In this document: piece after piece, positions 1 to 8,964 of the stretch
Position numbering within the stretch: the first letter of the stretch is position 1
How the letters are laid out: each line of letters begins with the position of its first letter
DNA from: Deltaproteobacteria bacterium
GTDB lineage: Bacteria; Desulfobacterota; BSN033; UBA1163
DNA: 32,000 nt
Direction: 5' to 3'
Assembly: GCA_037443425.1 (NCBI GenBank)
Contig: JBBIOI010000003.1
Coordinates: 43,807 to 75,806, forward strand
Program-made: the position numbers and the translations under genes
Notes under the pieces: model-generated
The model's database searches: none
Told to the model about the DNA's origin: nothing
What the model saw: only the letters and a program-made list of their open reading frames with translations

Positions 1-457
1 CAAAGCCAGCTGATCTGATATCTATAAAACCGGCTGGTTTAACCTCTTTCGGTTTTTCTTCAGGGATAGGTTCAGGAGGTTTTTTCTCAACAGGTTCTTC
101 CTTCTTCACCTCTTTAATTTCGGATTCTTTCACCTCTTCTTTAGGCTTCTGCTCAGGCTTTTCTTCTATTACTAATTTTTTTGGTTCCTCCTTCTTTTCT
201 TCAAAAGGTGAAAGCCTTACAGGGTAGCCTGGATAAATCCAATGGGGGTTTGTTATATAGGGATTACGTTGCCACAATTTTGGCCAGGAGAAAGGATTAT
301 TCAAAAATCTTGAGGATATATCCCATAATGTGTCTCCCTGTTTGATTATATAAATCTCCTCTTTTCTACCCTCTTCTTTTATCTCCTGGGAAAAAGAGAT
401 AGATGATAAAGCGATAACACACAAAAAAATAAATAAAAATTTCATCTTTTTCTGCAT
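1..457 (-). CDS. Secreted LysM-domain protein (partial; C-terminus lies beyond the left window edge)
   Basis: Minus-strand ORF open to position 1, so it is absent from the supplied track. ATG at 457 is preceded by GGAGG (cttaggaggaatagatATG). Translation starts MQKKMKFLFIFLCVIALSSISFSQ (signal peptide). It continues IYIIKQGDTLWDISSRFLNNPFSWPKLWQRNPYI (LysM-like motif), followed by a K/E/P-rich low-complexity linker. Confidence 0.75.
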   Translation of the reverse strand, partial: MQKKMKFLFIFLCVIALSSISFSQEIKEEGRKEEIYIIKQGDTLWDISSRFLNNPFSWPKLWQRNPYITNPHWIYPGYPVRLSPFEEKKEEPKKLVIEEKPEQKPKEEVKESEIKEVKKEEPVEKKPPEPIPEEKPKEVKPAGFIDIRSAGF

Positions 458-551
458 ATCTATTCCTCCTAAGTAAAAACTATTTTTAAATTAGCCCCTC
501 ATGGCTAATTTGTCAAGAAAAATGTTTAGAGATACCTTTTCCCTCACGAGC

Positions 552-628
552 GTCATTCCCGTGAAAACGGAAATCCAGTTGTTTTAAATGGTCTTAGATT
601 CCTTCATGATTCCTACTTTCGCAGGAAT
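552..628. repeat. Two short REP-like hairpin modules (GTCATTCCCGTGAAAACGGAAATCC and ATTCCTACTTTCGCAGGAAT)
   Basis: Stem TTCCCGT/ACGGAAA (6 of 7 pairs) at 552-576 and stem ATTCCT/AGGAAT at 609-628. Related GTCGTTCC...GGAATC and GTCATTG(C)GAGGCGAAGCC modules recur at 8155-8219 and 14493-14592. Confidence 0.5.
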
Positions 629-862
629 AACAAGATTAATTTTTATAAAAAGCTTTTAATTCCCTAACTCACCTCACAATTAAAAAATTAAATTATCAAT
701 TAATTAACTGCAATATTTATACCAATTCTTTCCAAATTTCACCTAATTAATTGATTTCATTTAATAATTAATAAAATTTAAAAATTAGGTATAATCTTTA
801 ACCTTTTTAAAAATGAATAATTTTTTTACATACTTTTATAAAAATTGCGTAACCATGACCGT

Positions 863-890
863 TTGACAAAGGAATTATCTATGTGATATT
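863..890 (+). promoter_or_regulatory. Candidate sigma70 promoter for the DUF1015 gene
   Basis: TTGACA at 863-868. An extended -10 (TGtGATATT) has its hexamer at 885-890 after a 16-nt spacer, about 30 nt upstream of the ATG at 923. The background is AT-rich, so the call is weak. Confidence 0.3.
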
Positions 891-922
891 TTTAAATTTA
901 AAAATTTAATACATAAATTTTT

Positions 923-2263
923 ATGGCTCACGTCCTTCCATTTCGTGGGATAGTATATAATAAAGAGAAGATAGCTGATATCTCTCTTGTCACTTCACCC
1001 CCTTATGATGTCATATCTGAAAGGGCTAAGCAAAGATATTATGAAAAACATCCTTACAATATAATCCAGCTTGAATTGGGTGATGAAGGCTTAGGTAAAG
1101 ATCGTTATAAATATTCCGCGGACAAGCTTGATGAATGGTTAAGGGACGGAATCCTTATAAGAGCAAATAAACCTGCATTCTATTTTTATCAAATCGATTT
1201 TTCATTAAACGGAAAAATACGTAAGCAAAGAAAGGGATTCATAGGACTGTGTAAACTTGAAGAATTTGGAAAAGGAATGATCTTCCCGCACGAAAGGATT
1301 CACCAGGCCCAAAAAGATGATCGCCTAAACTTGCTTAGGACATGTAAGGCAAATTTAAGTCAAATATTTTCCCTCTACTCTGATCCATCCCAAAAGGTAA
1401 ACTCTTTGTTTGAAAGATATATCCAAAAGCCACCCCTTTTTGATTTCTATGACGTAGAAGAAGATATCCATCATAAGCTCTGGGAGGTTTACGATAGAGA
1501 GCTTTTCTCTCAGATAAGAGAGATAATGGAAACTAAAACCATCCTAATAGCAGATGGCCATCATCGCTACGAAGCCTCACTTGAATATAAGAAGGAGATG
1601 GAAAAAGAGTATAAATCCGTTACCGGAAGAGAACCATTTAACTATACGATGATGTATTTTTGTCCTCTTGAAGATGAAGGTCTTGTAATACTTCCATCCC
1701 ATCGTCTGATTTACAATCTTAAGAATTTTAATCACAGGGAGTTTGAAAAGGAGTTAGATAGATATTTTATTAAAACTGACGTCCAATTCTCTCCAGAAAA
1801 CGAATCTACCAGGTTTAATGAATTTTACGATTTTTTGAAAGTGGAAGGATTAAAAGGAAATGTATTTGGACTGTATATTAATGGAAACTCATATCTCAGC
1901 CTATTGCGCCTAAAAGATGAATTGAATATTGCATCAATTATGGGTGATGGTATTCCAGCGGTTTTACAGAAATTAGATGTCATTATCCTTCATCGATTCA
2001 TTATAGAACAACTTTTAGGTATTAACGAAAAAGACCAAGATCAAAATCACATTCGCATTATAAAAAATCATGTTCGGGCATTTGAATTAGTTAAAGAGGG
2101 AAGATTTCAAATGGTATTCTTCTTGAATCCTCCCAAGGTAGAGGAAATCAAAGAGGTTGCATCAGAAGGAGAGATCATGCCTCAGAAATCAACCTTTTTC
2201 TACCCTAAGCTTCCCACAGGTTTAGTGATAAATAAATTGAATAGTATATTAGATGAATTTTAA
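923..2263 (+). CDS. DUF1015 family protein
   Basis: 446 aa. N-terminal LPFRGIVYN...SPPYDVIS and central ILIADGHHRYEASL are the hallmark DUF1015 (COG4198) motifs. Confidence 0.8.
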   Translation: MAHVLPFRGIVYNKEKIADISLVTSPPYDVISERAKQRYYEKHPYNIIQLELGDEGLGKDRYKYSADKLDEWLRDGILIRANKPAFYFYQIDFSLNGKIRKQRKGFIGLCKLEEFGKGMIFPHERIHQAQKDDRLNLLRTCKANLSQIFSLYSDPSQKVNSLFERYIQKPPLFDFYDVEEDIHHKLWEVYDRELFSQIREIMETKTILIADGHHRYEASLEYKKEMEKEYKSVTGREPFNYTMMYFCPLEDEGLVILPSHRLIYNLKNFNHREFEKELDRYFIKTDVQFSPENESTRFNEFYDFLKVEGLKGNVFGLYINGNSYLSLLRLKDELNIASIMGDGIPAVLQKLDVIILHRFIIEQLLGINEKDQDQNHIRIIKNHVRAFELVKEGRFQMVFFLNPPKVEEIKEVASEGEIMPQKSTFFYPKLPTGLVINKLNSILDEF

Positions 2264-2265
2264 AA

Positions 2266-2964
2266 ATGGAGAAGATTTCAACTATCTTATCCCCTGATGA
2301 AACCCTCGATACATTCTTTGATGGTAGGCTCCAAATTATACAGAAAAAAAGGGGATATCGTTTCTCTATTGACTCAATCCTTTTAAGTGAATTTATCAAG
2401 GTTAAAGAAAATGAAAAGGTCATAGATTTGGGCACTGGCTGCGGAATTCTGCCTCTCATTTTATCTCAAAAAGCAAAAAAAACATCTTTTATCGGAGTAG
2501 AGATTCAAAAAGGATTGGCAGATTGTGCTAATAAAAATGTTAAATTGAATCAACTGCAAGATCGTATAACCATTTTAAATCTGGATTTCAGGGATTTAAA
2601 AAATATCTTTCCTCCTGCTACATTCGATGTTGTTATATCAAACCCACCATATAGAAGGTATAGGACTGGTAGAATAAATCCTGATATGGAAAAGGCAATT
2701 GCACGACATGAAATAAAGGGTAAGCTTGAAGACCTAATTTCAATTGCAAGTTACCTACTCAAATCAAAAGGAAGGTTCTATTTAATATTCCCTGCTATTA
2801 GAATGGTCGATCTCCTAACAGCCATGAGAGCCAATAAACTTGAACCAAAATGTTTGCAAATAGTTTACCCTCGTCTAAATGAAGATGCTAAATTTGTATT
2901 GTCAGAATCCTTTAAAGAAAGTGGTGTTGAATTAAGAATTTTACCGCCTAAAAATTTAAATTAA
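2266..2964 (+). CDS. SAM-dependent N6-adenine methyltransferase, tRNA1(Val) m6A37 methyltransferase (TrmN6/YfiC)-like
   Basis: 232 aa. SAM motif I VIDLGTGCGILPL and catalytic NPPY tetrapeptide (ISNPPYRR). Begins 2 nt after the DUF1015 stop. Confidence 0.75.
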   Translation: MEKISTILSPDETLDTFFDGRLQIIQKKRGYRFSIDSILLSEFIKVKENEKVIDLGTGCGILPLILSQKAKKTSFIGVEIQKGLADCANKNVKLNQLQDRITILNLDFRDLKNIFPPATFDVVISNPPYRRYRTGRINPDMEKAIARHEIKGKLEDLISIASYLLKSKGRFYLIFPAIRMVDLLTAMRANKLEPKCLQIVYPRLNEDAKFVLSESFKESGVELRILPPKNLN

Positions 2965-3029
2965 CGATATTTCCACGCTTTGTTTGCAATGATGAAGTGT
3001 TGTTTGGAGATACTTTCTCATAAAAAAAC

Positions 3030-3143
3030 AAGACTTCTGAAAAAGTCATTGATAAAAATTAACTAACTTAGAAAGATTTCGTCTTAAAAAAGCCATTTTA
3101 AACATATTATTACAGATTTAAATAAGTTTTTCAGAGATCTCAT
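3030..3143. mobile_element. MITE family A, short copy
   Basis: Left end AAGACTTCTGAAAAAGTCATTGA and right end GTTTTTCAGAGATCTCAT form imperfect terminal inverted repeats. They match the ends of the 227-bp element at 14181-14407, with the 16-nt CTGAAAAAGTCATTGA shared exactly. Confidence 0.55.
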
Positions 3144-3189
3144 AAAAATCTTTTGACAATGAGCGAGGAATAGGCTAATTATTCTATGT

Positions 3190-4206
3190 ATGGAGATAGC
3201 AGAAATTTTATCCCTTTCTAAGGAAAAGACATCCCCCCTCGGAGTCATTATAGAAGTAATAGGGGAGGAGTTAGAAAAGGTAGATCAAGAATTTCGAAGA
3301 AACCTAAGGTCAGAGGTTTCGATCATCTCAACTATTGGTGAACATCTGCTTTTCAGTGGTGGAAAGAGATTCAGACCTATTTTACTTTTACTCTCTTCAA
3401 AGCTATGTGGATATAAAGGAGAAAGTCATATCTCGATGGCAAGCCTTATTGAATTTATACATACTGCAACCCTTTTACATGATGATGTGGTTGATAAGGC
3501 TGAACTCAGGAGAGGAGTAGTTTCAGCCAATTCTATCTGGGGAAATGATGCATGTGTGCTTGTTGGAGATTTTCTCTTTACAAAATCTTTCTCTTTAATG
3601 GTAGAAAATGGTAATTTGAAGATTCTAAAGGCCATTTCCACTGCAACCACACTTATGGCTGAAGGTGAATTAGACGAATTGGTAAAAACGAACGATCTAT
3701 CTATAACCGAAGAGAAATATCTTTCGATCATATTTAAAAAGACAGCATCCTTAATCTCGGCTGCCACCCAAATAGGGGCAATACTCGGAAATGTGCCCCT
3801 TGAAAAGGAGTTAGCCTTATATGAGTTCGGTAAAAATGTGGGCATGGCATTTCAACTAATCGACGATAAACTCGACTATACCTCAAATGAAGAAGAGTTT
3901 GGTAAAAAGATAGGTATTGATCTTCAGGAAGGTAAAATAACACTGCCATTAATAATAGCATATAATAGATGTAATGAAGATGAAAAGGAATTTATACAAA
4001 ACATAATTGAATCAGAATCTATAAGAAAAGATGATTTTTTAAAGGTTGTCGAGATCATTGAAAGGTATGATGGAATATATCAGACCTGGCTTAAGGCGAA
4101 ACAGTATATCGAGGATGCAAAAAGGCATCTACAACTTTTCCCAAATTCAAGGGAAAAGGAGGCACTTATGATACTGGCCGACTATGTATTGGAAAGGAGA
4201 TTATAA
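3190..4206 (+). CDS. Long-chain trans-polyprenyl diphosphate synthase (octaprenyl/heptaprenyl diphosphate synthase-like)
   Basis: 338 aa. First aspartate-rich motif LLHDDVVD and second motif QLIDDKLDY. Product chain length cannot be read from the sequence. Confidence 0.85.
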   Translation: MEIAEILSLSKEKTSPLGVIIEVIGEELEKVDQEFRRNLRSEVSIISTIGEHLLFSGGKRFRPILLLLSSKLCGYKGESHISMASLIEFIHTATLLHDDVVDKAELRRGVVSANSIWGNDACVLVGDFLFTKSFSLMVENGNLKILKAISTATTLMAEGELDELVKTNDLSITEEKYLSIIFKKTASLISAATQIGAILGNVPLEKELALYEFGKNVGMAFQLIDDKLDYTSNEEEFGKKIGIDLQEGKITLPLIIAYNRCNEDEKEFIQNIIESESIRKDDFLKVVEIIERYDGIYQTWLKAKQYIEDAKRHLQLFPNSREKEALMILADYVLERRL

Positions 4207-4233
4207 AATTTATAAATTAAAGAAGGAGTGAAT

Positions 4234-4572
4234 ATGACCGACAAATCTAAAATACTTCATGTAAATGATAATAATTTTAATACCGAAGTCCTCAGATCAG
4301 AAATTCCTGTTTTAGTTGATTTCTGGGCGACCTGGTGCGGACCATGCAGATCTATGAATCCTATCATTGAGGAGCTTGCTGAGGAATTTAGCGGGAGGTT
4401 AAAGATTACAAAACTCAATGTTGATGAGAATCCCACCACTCCAACTCAGTATGGAATTAGAGGGATTCCAACACTTATTATCTTTAAAGAAGGTAAGGTC
4501 TTTGATCAAATTATTGGGGCTGTGCCCAAGGCTCGATTGAAGGCCCTAATTGAAAGGGTATTATCGAGTTAG
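4234..4572 (+). CDS. trxA: Thioredoxin
   Basis: WCGPC active site and typical ~110-aa length. I prefer the ATG at 4234 (GAAGGAG 5 nt upstream) over the GTG at 4228 used by the ORF track. Confidence 0.9.
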   Translation: MTDKSKILHVNDNNFNTEVLRSEIPVLVDFWATWCGPCRSMNPIIEELAEEFSGRLKITKLNVDENPTTPTQYGIRGIPTLIIFKEGKVFDQIIGAVPKARLKALIERVLSS

Positions 4573-4585
4573 ATAATTTAAGAAG

Positions 4586-5104
4586 ATGTTTAAACACAAT
4601 CGATTAAAATACTTCATCATTATTTTGTTATTCTTTTCTTTAATTCTTACACAATGTAGTAAAAAGAAGGAGACACTATCTTCCCCTGCACCAGATTTTC
4701 GTTTAAACACAATAGATGAGCAGGAAATTACCCTCTCTGCATTAAAGGGAAAGGTTGTTCTACTTGATTTCTGGGCCACCTGGTGTGGACCATGCAGAGA
4801 ATCTATTCCTCACCTGGTTGAGGTTTATAAAAATTACCATGAAAAGGGGTTCGAACTTATAGGAATGAGCATTGATAAAAAAACCGAGGTTGAAACAGTA
4901 AGAAAATTCGTAAAATCAATGGGTATCTCATACCCCATTATAATGACATCAGATGACGTTATAAGAAGCTATGGTGTAAGTTCTATACCTACCTCCATAT
5001 TGATTGATAAGAATGGTAAAATAAGAGAAAAAATCGTTGGCTTTAATACATCAATTGCACGACGTATTACAAAGCAGATAGAAGATCTTCTTTCTGAATC
5101 CTAA
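4586..5104 (+). CDS. TlpA/ResA-family thiol:disulfide oxidoreductase (exported or membrane-anchored redoxin)
   Basis: 172 aa. Has an N-terminal hydrophobic segment ending ...LTQCSKKK (possible lipoprotein Cys). Also has a FWATWCGPC thioredoxin-fold motif and an AhpC/TSA-like core. Confidence 0.8.
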   Translation: MFKHNRLKYFIIILLFFSLILTQCSKKKETLSSPAPDFRLNTIDEQEITLSALKGKVVLLDFWATWCGPCRESIPHLVEVYKNYHEKGFELIGMSIDKKTEVETVRKFVKSMGISYPIIMTSDDVIRSYGVSSIPTSILIDKNGKIREKIVGFNTSIARRITKQIEDLLSES

Positions 5105-5106
5105 AC

Positions 5107-6120
5107 TTATTCCCATATCCCATCAATCTTTGTATGACAATGAATGCATTCACCTTTCACTATATAGTTTTTTAAGATTCTAAATCCGATTCTCTGGATT
5201 ATGGCTCTTTTACATTTCGGGCATATGGTATCCTCACCTTCTTCTCCCGGGATATTCCCACAATACACATATCTCAGACCTGCCTTGATTCCAATATCCC
5301 TTGCCTTATGAAGAGTTGACGGAGGTGTTCTGGGAGGATTTCTCATCTTATAGGTTGGGTAGAAAGCTGAAATATGCCATGGTACATCAAGCCCCAGGGA
5401 AACAATGAACTGGGCAATCTCCTCAAATTCTTCCTCAGAGTCGTTTAAAGTAGGTATTACAAGTGTAGTTACCTCAACCCAAATACCCATCTCCTTCATT
5501 ATTTTTAAGTTTTCAAGTACAGGTTTCAATCTTGCTCCACATACATCTTTATAAAATTTCTCTTGAAAACTCTTTAAATCAACATTGGCAGCATCCAGAT
5601 AAGGTTGAATAGCCCTGAGGGATTCTTCACTCATATACCCGTTTGTGACAAAAATATTTTTGAGCCCTTCCTTTTTTGCAAGGATTGCTGTCTCATAGGC
5701 ATATTCAAAATATATGGTTGGTTCTGTATATGTATAGGATATGGATCTGCAATTATACTGTTTTGCCAATGAGACAATCTTTGATGGCTCCACCATATTC
5801 CCTTCGATCCTTCCATTCTCATCCCTTGGCATCTGTGATATCTCATGATTTTGACAATGAAGGCATCTAAAATTACATCCTACAGTGGCAATAGAAAACG
5901 ACCTTGATCCAGGAAATAGATGAAAGATTGGCTTCTTTTCAATTGGATCTACATTCATAGAGATTACACGACCATATACCAGAGAATAGAGTCTTCCATC
6001 CCTGTTCTCTCTTACTCCGCATATCCCTCTCTTAGATGGTGAAATACTGCACCGGTGACGACAGAGATAACATTCCACCTTACCTTCCTCAAGCCGATTA
6101 TAAAACATTGCCTCCTTCAT
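5107..6120 (-). CDS. amrS: AmmeMemoRadiSam system radical SAM enzyme (PflA-like activase fold)
   Basis: 337 aa. N-terminal Cys cluster (CYLCRHRC...CGVR), radical SAM CNFRCLHCQN motif, and C-terminal CPKC...CIHC cluster. Confidence 0.75.
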   Translation of the reverse strand: MKEAMFYNRLEEGKVECYLCRHRCSISPSKRGICGVRENRDGRLYSLVYGRVISMNVDPIEKKPIFHLFPGSRSFSIATVGCNFRCLHCQNHEISQMPRDENGRIEGNMVEPSKIVSLAKQYNCRSISYTYTEPTIYFEYAYETAILAKKEGLKNIFVTNGYMSEESLRAIQPYLDAANVDLKSFQEKFYKDVCGARLKPVLENLKIMKEMGIWVEVTTLVIPTLNDSEEEFEEIAQFIVSLGLDVPWHISAFYPTYKMRNPPRTPPSTLHKARDIGIKAGLRYVYCGNIPGEEGEDTICPKCKRAIIQRIGFRILKNYIVKGECIHCHTKIDGIWE

Positions 6121-6168
6121 CTCATTTCCCTCACTTTAAGGTAAGCGCAACCCTGAAAGATGAGAAAC

Positions 6169-7335
6169 TTAAAGATCAAAATGTTTAAGTTGTTCGAGAA
6201 CGTAATCCCTGATAGCCTGTGGTTTGGGTAGATCCCATAGAATCTTTTTCTCCTTAATAAATGGAAGAAGCAGTTCTTTTAGCTCTCCACCGCATGAGCA
6301 TCGATTAAACTCATCATTAACGTTTTTAAAAGGAACGATCTTGTCCTGATAACATTTTGAACAGCGAAGCACACTCTTAGAACCTGACATCTTACCCCTC
6401 TTTGCTAATGGCCTTCCATCAATTTCTACGATATCCATAGCAAAGTCTATAACCCTCGCATTAATGATAGAGGTACCAACTCCATAGGCATCAACGACTG
6501 GGTTTAGGCTTAATATCCTATTCTCATCTAATCCACCGCTTACAAAAATCTGGACATGTCCGTAACCTCTTATATTCAATTCCCATCTAATCTCCTCTAT
6601 AATCTTTTGAAAATCTCCCCTTCTTGAGCTTGGTGTATCAAGTCTAACCCCAAATAGTCTTTCACCAAGGGCCTCTGCAACCCTTATTGCCTCAACCTTT
6701 TCATCGTTGAATGTATCTATAAGGGAAACCCTCTTTACCCTCGGATCTATGACTTCATCGAATGCCTTTGTTGCTTCAACTGTGTCACCAATAAGAAGGA
6801 TAAGGGCATGGGGCATTGTCCCCATTGGCTCTTCATCCAGTAACTCAGCATCTTTAACCACAGAAACACCATCACAGCCTCCTATGAATGCACTTCTTTC
6901 AACCATTGGAGCAATAACAGGGTGAATCCTTCTTGCTCCGAAACTTATCACCCTTCGGTCTCCTGCAGCCTTTTTACAACGCGCTGCCTTTGTAGCTACT
7001 CCCGATGCCTGACAGAGCAGTCCTAAGATTGATGTTTCATATATCCCAAATTCTGTATACATCCCTTCTATTTCCATTACTGGTTCATAAGCCCTAAATA
7101 TCGTTCCCTCCCTCATTGCCCTTACATTCACATTCAGGTCTTTAAGCAGATAAGATGCCTCCTCAATACCTGCCAGTACTCCCCATCCATAGTCTTCTGG
7201 GAATCTCTTTGCAATAAATTCTGCCTTCACCCATTTATCTATCTTTTTCGCCTTTAGTATCTCCATTGTCCTTACAAAATATACATCTGTTAATTTACCT
7301 TCTTTAATCTCTTTTGGATCTGCAATGTGAAACAT
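6169..7335 (-). CDS. pncB: Nicotinate phosphoribosyltransferase, archaeal type with C-terminal zinc knuckle
   Basis: 388 aa. N-terminus MFHIADPKEIKEGKLTDVYFVRT, type II PRTase core, and C-terminal CSKC...CSCGG zinc-knuckle motif. Confidence 0.8.
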   Translation of the reverse strand: MFHIADPKEIKEGKLTDVYFVRTMEILKAKKIDKWVKAEFIAKRFPEDYGWGVLAGIEEASYLLKDLNVNVRAMREGTIFRAYEPVMEIEGMYTEFGIYETSILGLLCQASGVATKAARCKKAAGDRRVISFGARRIHPVIAPMVERSAFIGGCDGVSVVKDAELLDEEPMGTMPHALILLIGDTVEATKAFDEVIDPRVKRVSLIDTFNDEKVEAIRVAEALGERLFGVRLDTPSSRRGDFQKIIEEIRWELNIRGYGHVQIFVSGGLDENRILSLNPVVDAYGVGTSIINARVIDFAMDIVEIDGRPLAKRGKMSGSKSVLRCSKCYQDKIVPFKNVNDEFNRCSCGGELKELLLPFIKEKKILWDLPKPQAIRDYVLEQLKHFDL

Positions 7336-7414
7336 GGTCTCATCTCCAAAAATTGATCTATTTTTAATTATATAACAGAATTTTTAGCCCCCTGTCTATA
7401 AAAATATTTTATTT

Positions 7415-8113
7415 CTATTTAGCCTTTTTCAAACTGTAAAACATATAATCCGGTTTTATGTTTGAAAGAGCACGAAATATATTCCCTTTTACCTTCTTAT
7501 TCTTCTCTTCGAGGGTTTCAATCAATCTCTTTATCTCAGCCCGCTTTGTTTTACCAGAAACAGGACAACCGCTCGATCCAAAAGGAAGGCCTTTCTCAAT
7601 TGCATAACGATGAAGCATTTTCTCTTCAATAAATACAAGGGGTCTAATGATAGTGATCTTTCCTTTAAAAAGTGTTTGAATCGGAAGCATTGTGCTTATC
7701 TCAGAAGAATAAAAAATATTGAGAAGAAATGTTTCAATAATATCATCTTTATGATGCCCCAAGGCAATCTTATTACATTTCATTTCTTGTGCGATTTTAA
7801 ATAGTCTCTTCCTCCTCTCCCATGAACAGAGGAAACAAGGATTCTCTCTGTTTTCCGAACTGTTTGCCCTTAGCCCGATATCAGTAACTTCGATATGGTA
7901 TTGAATCCCCATATTCTCAAAATGATCCTTTATCACATTGGCCTGCTTTGAACCAAAGCCAAGATCGATGTGCGAAGCTATGAGTTCATAATTAACAGGA
8001 CTGTCCTTACCCCCTGATACCCCTACTAAGATTCGGTCCCCATCCTGGATAAGGTCATAATGATGAATTGCCTTTCCAACAAGGCTTCTTAATCTTTTCT
8101 CCCAAAATGTCAT
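7415..8113 (-). CDS. ttcA: TtcA-family PP-loop ATPase (tRNA 2-thiocytidine synthetase-like)
   Basis: 232 aa. SGGKDS PP-loop, PCFLCSWERR Cys motif, GHHKDD, and C-terminal SGCP. The segment directly after the PP-loop looks shortened (see findings). Confidence 0.7.
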   Translation of the reverse strand: MTFWEKRLRSLVGKAIHHYDLIQDGDRILVGVSGGKDSPVNYELIASHIDLGFGSKQANVIKDHFENMGIQYHIEVTDIGLRANSSENRENPCFLCSWERRKRLFKIAQEMKCNKIALGHHKDDIIETFLLNIFYSSEISTMLPIQTLFKGKITIIRPLVFIEEKMLHRYAIEKGLPFGSSGCPVSGKTKRAEIKRLIETLEEKNKKVKGNIFRALSNIKPDYMFYSLKKAK

Positions 8114-8131
8114 CTTTCATTATTGTCTAAT

Positions 8132-8298
8132 ATATAAATTGAGCGATTCAAGTTAGTCATTGAGAGGCGAAGCCAAAGTAATCTTAACCAAATTGTCGTT
8201 CCGAGCGAAGCGAGGAATCTATTAGATTGCCATACACCCTTTGGTGCCTCCAATGAATAATATTTAAAGGATTTTATAAAAAATCGTTCAATTTAGAT
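8132..8298. mobile_element. MITE family B, copy 1 (carries a nested REP-like module)
   Basis: TIRs ATATAAATTGAGCGAT and ATCGTTCAATTTAGAT. The first ~52 nt are about 85 percent identical by hand alignment to the element at 30120-30257. The interior is a long imperfect palindrome (TCATTGAGAGGCGAAGCCAAAG vs CTTTGGTGCCTCCAATGA). An extra GTCGTTCCGAGCGAAGCGAGGAATC module sits at 8195-8219. Confidence 0.6.
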
Positions 8299-8304
8299 AA
8301 TAGT

Positions 8305-8964
8305 TTATCCCTCTTTATACCTCAAATCTTTAATTGGACATACATCACATTTCGGCACCTTTCTACAAAAATTCTTTCCAAGATGAACCAGAAGGGCATG
8401 ATATTCATTGAATAACTTTTCATCATATGTTAGATGAGTCATAAATATTTCTTGGATCTCATTATAAGAAGCACTAACAGGTATGATATTATGCCTTGAT
8501 AGGATTCTTTTTGTATAAGCATCTACCACAAAGATAGGCTTTCCTAATGCATATAATATAATACTATCGGCAGTCTCGGGTCCGATCCCATTTACCATAA
8601 GTAGCTTCTTTCTCAATATTTCAAGGTTTTCAAGCTTCATTTTATCGAGACTTCCATTATACTCCTCAAAAAGAAAATTTATAAATGCCTTTATTCTATC
8701 TGCCTTTATTCGATAATATCCTGAGGGCTTTATCAAACGAGCCAATTTTATTTTACTTATTCTCTTTATACCTTCAGGATTTAAGAGTGCCTCTCTCTTT
8801 AGATTATCTATTGCCTTTTCGACATTATTCCATGATGTATTCTGTGTAAGTATGGCACCTATTATAACCTCAAAGGGGGAATCCGCAGGCCACCAATTTC
8901 TTGGTCCAAATTCTTTATAAAGTCTATTAAAAATCTCCCTTAGTATGGATTTCATTGACTTCAT
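8305..8964 (-). CDS. Endonuclease III-related HhH-GPD protein (COG2231-like) with C-terminal Fe-S Cys motif
   Basis: 219 aa. HhH segment LLMVNGIGPETADSIILY followed by D (VVDAYTKR). C-terminal CRKVPKCDVCPIKDL. Its start overlaps the upstream permease stop (ATGA). Confidence 0.7.
   Translation of the reverse strand: MKSMKSILREIFNRLYKEFGPRNWWPADSPFEVIIGAILTQNTSWNNVEKAIDNLKREALLNPEGIKRISKIKLARLIKPSGYYRIKADRIKAFINFLFEEYNGSLDKMKLENLEILRKKLLMVNGIGPETADSIILYALGKPIFVVDAYTKRILSRHNIIPVSASYNEIQEIFMTHLTYDEKLFNEYHALLVHLGKNFCRKVPKCDVCPIKDLRYKEG

Noticed and set aside
3153-3181. TTGACA, a 17-nt spacer, then TAATTA upstream of the polyprenyl synthase gene, as a promoter giving a nearly leaderless mRNA.
   Set aside because: The -10 match is poor and the element would lie only 9 nt from the ATG at 3190. 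In AT-rich sequence this is not distinguishable from chance.
3426-3845. Long antisense ORFs inside confidently assigned genes. Examples are 139 aa at 3426-3845 in the polyprenyl synthase, 120 aa at 18851-19213, 127 aa at 20159-20542 in the reductase, and 148 aa at 29510-29956 across the HAD and ferredoxin genes.
   Set aside because: Each lies opposite a gene with strong family motifs. They have no SD and show skewed low-complexity composition (S/F/I/L rich). Such ORFs are the expected by-product of codon bias on the antisense strand.
5107-6120. The AmmeMemoRadiSam radical SAM gene without adjacent AMMECR1 and Memo-like partner genes.
   Set aside because: The partners are often encoded elsewhere, and the window is too small to call the gene an orphan.
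8132-8298. Repeated elements as a CRISPR array or integron attC sites.
   Set aside because: There is no regularly spaced array of identical short repeats and no cas or intI genes. The copies are single, long imperfect palindromes typical of MITEs.
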